Assembly: GCA_964423885.1 (NCBI GenBank)
Contig: CAYRGD010000001.1
Coordinates: 24,156-88,155, forward strand
Direction: 5' to 3'
Length of the DNA stretch: 64,000 bases
Origin: an uncultured Candidatus Saccharibacteria bacterium
GTDB taxonomy: Bacteria > Patescibacteriota > UBA1384 > JACPKC01
In this document: positions 57,475 to 64,000 of the stretch, piece after piece
How positions within the stretch are numbered: the first letter of the stretch is position 1
Layout of the letters: each line of letters opens with the position of its first letter
The notes under the pieces: generated by a model
What the model saw: the letters and a program-made list of their open reading frames with translations, nothing else
The model's database searches: none
Told to the model about the DNA's origin: nothing
Translations under genes and position numbers: made by a program

Positions 57475-58905
57475 ATGCAACTGCATAACACCCTGACGCG
57501 CCAATCGGACGGGCTCCGGCCGATCGACGCCAGCGAGGTCCGGATCTACAGCTGCGGCCCGACCGTCTACCAGACGGCCCATTTAGGCAATTTCCGCACG
57601 TTTATCATGAGCGACACGCTCCGCCGGAGCCTGGAATACCTGGGCTACGCGGTGCGGCATGTCATGAACATCACCGACGTCGGCCATCTGGTGGGCGACG
57701 GCGACAGCGGCGAGGACAAGATCGAGCAGAGCGCGCACAAGGAGCACCGTTCGGCCTGGGAAATCGCGAGCTACTACACCGACCGGTTCTGGAACGACGC
57801 CGAACGCCTGCATATCCTGCGGCCCACGGTCGTGCCCAAGGCGACCGACCACATTCCCGAGCAGATCGCCCTCATCGGCGAGCTTGAGGCGGGCGGGCAT
57901 ACCTATACGACCAGCGACGGCGTGTACTTCGACGTCGCTACGTTCCCGTCGTACGGCGTGCTCACCGGTCAGACATTGGCCGACAAGGCAGGCGGCGAAC
58001 GGATCGAGGCGAACGACGAAAAACGCCAGCCGGCCGACTTCGCGCTCTGGAAGTTTTCGTACCCGGGTGGGCGGGACTTCGACCCCATGCAGGACGATGC
58101 GGCAACGCGGCGGCAGATGGAGTGGGCGAGCCCGTGGGGCCTGGGGTATCCGGGCTGGCATATCGAGTGCAGCGCCATGAGCGTCAAGTACCTGGGCCAG
58201 CCGTTCGACATCCATACCGGCGGCGTCGACCATATCATGCCGCACCACAGCAACGAGATCGCCCAGAGCGAGGCGGCGGCCGGCAAACCGTTGGCCAACG
58301 TCTGGCTGCACGGCGAATTCATGCTGGTGGACGGCCAGAAGATGAGTAAGTCGCTCGGTAATACCTTTACCGTCGACGACGTGGAACAGCGGGGGATCCG
58401 GCCGCTCGCGTTCCGGCTGCTGGCGCTCACGACCCACTACCGCAAGCCGCTCAACTTCACCTGGGACGCGCTGTCGGGTGCCGACCAGGCGCTCGGCCGG
58501 CTGACGCTCCTGGTGCGCAACCTGCCCGACCCCGGCGACGAACCGGTGCCGTCCGACCTCGAGGAGCAGTTCCGTGCTGCGCTCGGCAACGACCTCAATA
58601 TGCCGCAGGCGCTGTCGTTCCTGTGGGATACCCTGAAATCCAACCAGTCGGATATCGACAAAGCGGCCGCTGTCAAACAGTGGGATACCGTGTTCGGCCT
58701 GGGGCTGGCGGCCTCGCTCGGCGACACGCCCGAGATTCCCGACGACGTGGTCAAACTCGCCGCCGAGCGCGACCGGTACCGCAAGCAAGGGGACTACGGC
58801 CAGGCCGACGCGATCCGCGACGAACTCATGGCCAAGGGGTACGAAATCCAGGATGCGCCCCAGGGCGCCAAGGTAGTGCCGCATACGGGCGCGACACTCC
58901 TGTAA
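57475..58905 (+). CDS. cysS: Cysteine--tRNA ligase
   Basis: YSCGPTVY..HLGN, DFALWK, PGWHIECSAM, HTGGVDH and KMSKSLGN motifs. Confidence 0.97.
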   Translation: MQLHNTLTRQSDGLRPIDASEVRIYSCGPTVYQTAHLGNFRTFIMSDTLRRSLEYLGYAVRHVMNITDVGHLVGDGDSGEDKIEQSAHKEHRSAWEIASYYTDRFWNDAERLHILRPTVVPKATDHIPEQIALIGELEAGGHTYTTSDGVYFDVATFPSYGVLTGQTLADKAGGERIEANDEKRQPADFALWKFSYPGGRDFDPMQDDAATRRQMEWASPWGLGYPGWHIECSAMSVKYLGQPFDIHTGGVDHIMPHHSNEIAQSEAAAGKPLANVWLHGEFMLVDGQKMSKSLGNTFTVDDVEQRGIRPLAFRLLALTTHYRKPLNFTWDALSGADQALGRLTLLVRNLPDPGDEPVPSDLEEQFRAALGNDLNMPQALSFLWDTLKSNQSDIDKAAAVKQWDTVFGLGLAASLGDTPEIPDDVVKLAAERDRYRKQGDYGQADAIRDELMAKGYEIQDAPQGAKVVPHTGATLL

Positions 58906-58912
58906 CTGCCCC

Positions 58913-58964
58913 TTGACAAATTAGCGCGTCTGGGCTAGACTTCCCTGTTCGAACGCGCTATAGT
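58913..58964 (+). promoter_or_regulatory. Tandem sigma70-like promoters
   Basis: TTGACA(58913)-17-TAGACT(58936) and TAGACT(58936)-17-TATAGT(58959); TAGCGCGT/ACGCGCTA inverted repeat at 58922-58929 and 58953-58960. Confidence 0.7.
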
Positions 58965-58970
58965 GCCTGC

Positions 58971-59191
58971 GTACGGACAACGTCTCGTTTACTCCGTTCT
59001 GACTAGGATCCGTGGAGAGTTGCCAACGAGCTTGCTCGGCGGCAGATGCCCCTCCTTCCCGGATTTCCCCTGGATCCCGTGCAAGCTTGCTTGTACGGGC
59101 CTGGTCAGAACAGAGCAAGGGAGCCGGGGGCTTCAAGAGCTTTGTCCGTCCGAAGGGCGGAAAAGAGCTTGCAAGTCGCAAGCTCTTTTCT
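58971..59191 (+). ncRNA. Highly structured RNA (ncRNA or cis-regulatory leader) of unknown family
   Basis: Nested long-range helices, two G-CUUG-C tetraloop hairpins and a terminal 13-bp hairpin ending in CTTTTC. Confidence 0.6.
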
Positions 59192-59223
59192 AATTCGAGA
59201 AAGAAAAAGGAGGACATGAGAGC

Positions 59224-60213
59224 GTGCGAAAAGTTCTCATCGTGTTATTGCTAGCATTGGCGGGAGCTTTTCCCGCGCATGCCCAAATCTGGGGTGGGGG
59301 ATCTCTTTCGATAGGGATCCGGGAAAACAAAGACCATGCCGGTCTCTCGAACTTTGTCTCGGAGGTCTATTACTCCGAAGACGGTTCGAAACCGATCGGC
59401 GGTACTCCGTGCTTCGCGCAGGAGAGTAACGACCAACGGCCGGCGCTACCGAACCATGTACCCGGCCAGCAGGGTAAGGTCTGGCTGCTCATCAAGAGCA
59501 GTATTCTCAATGCCGGCGAGATCAAAGACATCGAATTGGCTTTTAAAGGCAACAACCAGGGCGGCCACATCGTGGTTCCTGGCGAGTTGTCTCGCAGCCA
59601 AGTCGATTTCTGGATCGACATGTCGCAGTTCCAGTGCGGGTCATACCCAATGGAACTCAAAGTGACCCATATGGGCGGAGAAGTGACATATCATGTCCTT
59701 TTCTTCCTGTTCCGGTCGCAAAAAGAGGTCGCCGACCAGACGGTCATGTACCTGACGGTCTACGACCCCGAGCGTACTTACACGCCGGCGGAAATCCAGC
59801 TCGCGCAGTACTTGCGCGGCTACGAGCCGCCGAACGGTGCGAAGGCGTACAAACTTAACACCGGCAAAGACATGCCGGTGTTGGTTCAGGCGCCGACACA
59901 ACCTACCGCTTCGACCGGCACTCCCGGCTCGTACGGCGGCCCGGCTCCGATGCAAACCGGAACGGTGACCATCGACGTGTTCGGTGACCCGATGAGGGTT
60001 ACGAGAGCATCTGGCAAATTCGACCTTAAAAACGAACAAGGCCAGATTATTGTGGGCCAGATTGGTGAGCATATGACGTTCACCGTTCCGCCCGGCCAGT
60101 ACCGAGTGATCGGGTACGGCAACTGGACGATCCGCGGCCGTGAGGCCACGGTGACTGTCGCGGCTGGCCAAAACCAGACCGTGAATATCTGCAGGAAGGG
60201 AGGCGTGAAGTAA
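59224..60213 (+). CDS. Secreted hypothetical protein with a C-terminal PEGA/prealbumin-like domain
   Basis: Signal peptide ending AHA|Q; AGGAGG RBS; FTVPPGQYRV...VTVAAGQNQTVNI. Confidence 0.75.
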   Translation: MRKVLIVLLLALAGAFPAHAQIWGGGSLSIGIRENKDHAGLSNFVSEVYYSEDGSKPIGGTPCFAQESNDQRPALPNHVPGQQGKVWLLIKSSILNAGEIKDIELAFKGNNQGGHIVVPGELSRSQVDFWIDMSQFQCGSYPMELKVTHMGGEVTYHVLFFLFRSQKEVADQTVMYLTVYDPERTYTPAEIQLAQYLRGYEPPNGAKAYKLNTGKDMPVLVQAPTQPTASTGTPGSYGGPAPMQTGTVTIDVFGDPMRVTRASGKFDLKNEQGQIIVGQIGEHMTFTVPPGQYRVIGYGNWTIRGREATVTVAAGQNQTVNICRKGGVK

Positions 60214-61074
60214 GTGAGACGGCTACTTCATATTCTGTGCGTTTTTCTGCTCGCTACCGCTGCGTTCGCGCAGCAAGCGGGCACGACCGTCTGCCACCTT
60301 GGCGTGGCACCTCTTTTGGGGCCATGCCATAACCGGGAGCGGCTGATGCAGCTCTCGGTCGAACGTCGCGACCTTCTGTATGCGGCTGTCATCCAGGCAG
60401 GGCATGGCGAGGGTGTTGCCAACCAGGTAGTGCAAATGCTCTGCCTCGGACAGGCGACGGAAGTACGGCTTCGTAATGGCACTGCGCTCGCAACCATGGC
60501 TTGGTTCGGCGTCGATAGTTCAGGTTCTACCGGAGTCCACACGTTGTGGAATCCCCGGTTGGAGCTCGGAAACTCGGTGCCGTGTTGGCAGGTGAAGGTG
60601 ATGGTCGAATCGAAGACCATCATTTTTGTCCTACCGAAGGCGTGCGGAAATCTGGCCCGGCTTGGCGTCTGTCAGCGGGTTACGGTTCGCCCCGAGCTGC
60701 CTCAGCCGCCCCACTACGTTCCGCCTCCGGTCATCACCCTGACCTGGGCATCCGGGGCGAACGAGCGACTGCCCGATAAAGGCAGTCACCAGAACATGGG
60801 CTCGACCGTTTCTTCAGGGGAGCTCCGGTTCTTCCCGAAACCCGGGGACACGAATATTTGTGTCCAAGGTTCTTCGGCAAGTGCTATCTCCGGCTCCAAG
60901 AGTGATGCGACGACGGGGCCGATCAACATCAACAATCAAAATAACAACATCAACCAGGCACAGAACGTTGTGCCGGTGAATGTTGTCGTCAACACCGGTT
61001 CCGGGAATGCATCCGGGACCGCGACCGCCACTGGCAATCAAGATGCCAGCGGTATGCAGAACAACGGGCCGTAA
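60214..61074 (+). CDS. Secreted protein with one C-terminal N/Q-rich repeat
   Basis: Signal peptide ending AFA|Q; C-terminal NNQNNNINQAQNVVPVNVVVNTGSG motif shared with the next gene. Confidence 0.75.
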   Translation: MRRLLHILCVFLLATAAFAQQAGTTVCHLGVAPLLGPCHNRERLMQLSVERRDLLYAAVIQAGHGEGVANQVVQMLCLGQATEVRLRNGTALATMAWFGVDSSGSTGVHTLWNPRLELGNSVPCWQVKVMVESKTIIFVLPKACGNLARLGVCQRVTVRPELPQPPHYVPPPVITLTWASGANERLPDKGSHQNMGSTVSSGELRFFPKPGDTNICVQGSSASAISGSKSDATTGPININNQNNNINQAQNVVPVNVVVNTGSGNASGTATATGNQDASGMQNNGP

Positions 61075-61240
61075 CAACGGCCCAAGTCAAAACAAGAGGG
61101 GAACCCCGGCAGCTACGGCTGCCGGATTCCTTCCCTGGCTCAACTCGGTTGAGCAGGGGAATAGAATCAACCACGGAAGGGCGGGCCGGCGTCGATGCGG
61201 CCTGGAATGTGCAACACAAAAGGAATGAGGTGATTTCATT

Positions 61241-61969
61241 ATGCACAGTCTGAAATTGATCGGTCTCGCGTCCGTTGCGTTCTTGATGACGACAGCTGGT
61301 TCCTCAAGCGCGCTGGCGGCCTGCAATCCGTCGTGCGGTACGGGCACTACCAGTTCGTCGAACTCGAGCTCTTCGAGCTCCAGCTCATCGTCCAGCAACA
61401 CCGGCAGCGTGACCGTCAACAACCAAAACGCGAACACGAACCAGGCACAAAACGTCCAGGCGACCAACGTCGTCGTGAACACCGGTTCGGGCAGCGCGGC
61501 CGGTTCTTCGAGCGCAGCGGGCGACCAGGGTGCCACAACCACCCAGAACAACGCCACGCAGGGCGCGACGAACACCAATACGTCGAACGGTAGCGCTTCG
61601 GTGAACAACCAGAACAGCAATACCAACCAGGCCCAGAACGTCGACTGCACCAACGTGGTCGTCAACACGGGCAAGGGCGACGCGGCCGGGGCGTGCGCGG
61701 CGGCTGGCAGCCAGCAGTCGACCACGACCCAGAACAACGGCGGTACCACGACCACCAACCAGACCCAAACGGTCACGAAGGAGTCGACGGTGATCGCCAA
61801 GGCCGAGGCTACGGCCACGTCGAAGCCGAAGGACAAGGGTCCGCTCCCCAAGGAGCTCCCGAAGACCGGCGCCGACGCGATCGCGCTCACGAGCGTCCTG
61901 ACGCTCGGCGGTGCGGCAGCCGGTGCGCTTCGCAAGAAGCTCATCGCCAAGACCGCGCTGGTCGCCTAA
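61241..61969 (+). CDS. Secreted S/T/N/Q-rich repeat protein with an LPKTG cell-wall sorting signal
   Basis: Signal peptide ending ALA|A; poly-Ser; two repeats with a 62-aa period; LPKTG, hydrophobic helix and RKK tail. Confidence 0.85.
   Translation: MHSLKLIGLASVAFLMTTAGSSSALAACNPSCGTGTTSSSNSSSSSSSSSSSNTGSVTVNNQNANTNQAQNVQATNVVVNTGSGSAAGSSSAAGDQGATTTQNNATQGATNTNTSNGSASVNNQNSNTNQAQNVDCTNVVVNTGKGDAAGACAAAGSQQSTTTQNNGGTTTTNQTQTVTKESTVIAKAEATATSKPKDKGPLPKELPKTGADAIALTSVLTLGGAAAGALRKKLIAKTALVA
61409..61742 (+). repeat. Two direct protein-level repeats (186-nt period); a third copy lies at about 60922-61071
   Basis: Consensus NNQNxNxNQAQNVxxxNVVVNTGxGxAxGxxxAxGxQxxxxxQNN; copies in this gene start at 61418 and 61604. 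Confidence 0.9.
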
Positions 61970-61985
61970 CCTAGGCACCACGCAG

Positions 61986-62013
61986 CAAAAAGCACCCGAA
62001 CGGGTGCTTTTTG
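61986..62013 (+). terminator. Intrinsic terminator closing the 59.2-62.0 kb operon
   Basis: CAAAAAGCACCC-GAAC-GGGTGCTTTTTG hairpin with a U-tract. Confidence 0.85.
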
Positions 62014-62029
62014 TGTACAATCGAACCAT

Positions 62030-63028
62030 ATGGACGACGAACGGAAGCTCAAGCTGTACGACGTGCTCGGCCTGGCCGGGCGCGAGGCGCGCATCCAGCA
62101 GATCGAAGCCGAGATGGCCGACCCGCAGTTTTGGGCCGACCATGCCAAGGCGGGGGAGCTGGCGAAGGAGTTGGCGGGCCATAAGCGGCTCATCGAATCC
62201 TGGGAACAAGCCGAGACACCCGAGGCACTCCACGCGCTGGAGCTGACCGCCATGCTGTCGGGCGAGTACGACAAGTCGAACGCGATCGTCTCGTTCCATG
62301 CCGGCGCGGGCGGCACCGAAGCGCAGGACTGGGCGAGCATGCTCAAGCGGATGGTCGAACGTTGGGCCGAGGGCCGCGGGTTTTCAGTCGACCTGTTCGA
62401 TGAGTCGCGGGGCGAAGAGGCGGGAATCAAGTCGGCGACGCTCAAGGTGAGCGGCGAGTACGCGTTCGGCTACCTCAAAGGCGAGGCAGGTGTGCACCGG
62501 CTGGTACGGATATCGCCCTACGACGCTGACAAGGCGCGCCACACCTCGTTCGCGCTCATCGAAGTGGTGCCCGAGCTGGCCGATGCCCAAGCGGTCGAGA
62601 TCGACGAGAAGGATCTGAAGATCGATTTCTACCGGGCCGGGGGCCATGGTGGCCAGAACGTGAACAAAGTGGAGACGGCGGTGCGGATCACGCACCTGCC
62701 GACGGGGATCGTGGTGAGCTGCCAGAACGAGCGGTTCCAGGCCCAGAACAAGGAAATGGCTCTGAAGATGCTGGCGGCCAAGCTGACAGTGCTTGCCAAG
62801 CAGGCACACCTCGACAAGATTTCGGAGTTGAAGGGCAACCACGTCAAGGTGGAATGGGGGAGCCAGATCCGGTCGTACGTGCTCCAGCCCTACCAACTGG
62901 TGAAGGACGTGCGCACCGGCCACGAGGAATCCGACGCGCCCGGTGTGCTCGAAGGCAACCTTGACCCGTTCATAGAATCCTATTTAGAGTGGCAGGCAAC
63001 GAAAGGACGCCATGGCGAACATGTTTGA
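62030..63028 (+). CDS. prfB: Peptide chain release factor 2
   Basis: [28 protein letters not shown] and WGSQIRSYV motifs; continuous ORF. Confidence 0.95.
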   Translation: MDDERKLKLYDVLGLAGREARIQQIEAEMADPQFWADHAKAGELAKELAGHKRLIESWEQAETPEALHALELTAMLSGEYDKSNAIVSFHAGAGGTEAQDWASMLKRMVERWAEGRGFSVDLFDESRGEEAGIKSATLKVSGEYAFGYLKGEAGVHRLVRISPYDADKARHTSFALIEVVPELADAQAVEIDEKDLKIDFYRAGGHGGQNVNKVETAVRITHLPTGIVVSCQNERFQAQNKEMALKMLAAKLTVLAKQAHLDKISELKGNHVKVEWGSQIRSYVLQPYQLVKDVRTGHEESDAPGVLEGNLDPFIESYLEWQATKGRHGEHV

Positions 63029-63314
63029 CCAAGCGAAGATGCTTATGAAGGCGCGGCAGGTCCAGTCCGACCTCAAAAAGACCGAAATCGAGGCCACGGG
63101 GGCCGACGGCAAGGTGACAGTGGTGTTCACGGGCGAGTTGAAGCTCCAGTCGATCGCGATCGACGAGTCGCTGCTCGAGCCCGGCCAGAAAGCGCACCTG
63201 GAACGGCTCTTGAAGGACACGATCGGCCAGGCGATGCAGAAGGCGCAGGCGGTCGCGGCCGAAAAGACCCGAGAGGTCATGAAAGACCTCGGGGTCAACC
63301 TGCCAGGGCTCTGA
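63012..63314 (+). CDS. ybaB: YbaB/EbfC nucleoid-associated protein
   Basis: KARQVQ..L...[13 protein letters not shown]...I.ID pattern; about 100 aa. Confidence 0.88.
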   Translation: MANMFDQAKMLMKARQVQSDLKKTEIEATGADGKVTVVFTGELKLQSIAIDESLLEPGQKAHLERLLKDTIGQAMQKAQAVAAEKTREVMKDLGVNLPGL

Positions 63315-63910
63315 TGAAGCTCATTGTTGGTCTGGGGAACCCGGGGCCGCAGTACGCGCGCACCAGGCATAATTTGGGTTGGTTGGTGCTCGACGCCGCG
63401 GCCCAGGCGCTCGCGGCAGGGGAGTGGCGGCACGACGGCGCGTACGACGCCGACCTCATCGACCTGCGGACGGAATCCGGCAGCCGCTGGCTGTTCGTGA
63501 AACCGACTACGTTCATGAACAATTCCGGGCGGGCGGTGGCGCAGCTGGCATCGTTCTACAAGGTGGCGCCGCACGATATCCTGGTCGTCCACGACGAACT
63601 CGACCTGCCGCTCGGCACAGTGCGGTTGCGGCTCGGCGGCTCGGCAGCTGGCCACCACGGCGTCGAATCGGTAGCGCACCATCTGGGCGCCGACGGGTTC
63701 TGGCGCATGCGCTGCGGGATCGCGCCGCACGACGGCAGCGCTCGGCCGCAACCGGGGAGCGACTACGTGCTGGCAGGGTTCCGGCCCGACGAACAAGACC
63801 GGCTCGCGGCCGTGGTCGCACGTGGCGCCGATATGGTGAAAACCGTTGTCGTTTCTGGTACGCTTACCGAAGAAACCGTCACCGTTTCGTCGTGGGAGGC
63901 CAAACCATAG
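63314..63910 (+). CDS. pth: Peptidyl-tRNA hydrolase
   Basis: LIVGLGNPG..Y..TRHN, KPTTFMNNSG, HDELDL and GHHG motifs. Confidence 0.96.
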   Translation: MKLIVGLGNPGPQYARTRHNLGWLVLDAAAQALAAGEWRHDGAYDADLIDLRTESGSRWLFVKPTTFMNNSGRAVAQLASFYKVAPHDILVVHDELDLPLGTVRLRLGGSAAGHHGVESVAHHLGADGFWRMRCGIAPHDGSARPQPGSDYVLAGFRPDEQDRLAAVVARGADMVKTVVVSGTLTEETVTVSSWEAKP

Positions 63911-63940
63911 GCCGTTCGCACCACCAAGAAAGGATATGCA

Positions 63941-64000
63941 ATGCCGAAGAAACTCAAGGACGCATCGAAAGACGAACTGCCCGTTGGCGCCGAGCGCGCT
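63941..64000 (+). CDS. 5' end of the next gene, truncated by the window edge; product unknown
   Basis: AAAGGA RBS, then ATG (MPKKLKDASKDELPVGAERA...). Confidence 0.45.
   Translation, partial: MPKKLKDASKDELPVGAERA

Overview
GC-rich chromosomal window with the hallmarks of a Patescibacteria/CPR-type bacterium (inference from gene content). These include a compact murD-ftsW-murG-murC-ftsQ cluster, a type IV pilus locus with no secretin, shortened housekeeping proteins and many secreted surface proteins. TGA is used as a stop codon, so the code is table 11. The core genes are recJ, sodA, radA, a class A PBP, tyrS/argS/ileS/cysS, five tRNAs, rpmB/rpmG/rplU/rplK, secE, nusG, rodA, dprA, topA, recR, prfB, ybaB and pth. 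I found no CRISPR array, integrase, transposase or rRNA. The main candidate for a new system is at 58.9-62.0 kb. There, a tandem sigma70-like promoter drives a highly structured RNA of about 220 nt with two CUUG tetraloops. It is followed by three secreted proteins. Two of them share an N/Q/V/T-rich ~49-aa repeat, and the last carries an LPKTG sortase-type anchor, which suggests a functional-amyloid or fibre operon. Other leads are duplicated, domain-shuffled adhesin cassettes upstream of the pilus genes, a G6-tract frameshift in a surface protein, an unannotated zinc-finger microprotein with an in-frame TAA, a split tRNA-Trp/secE cluster with no rplA after rplK, and widespread leaderless -10-only promoters.
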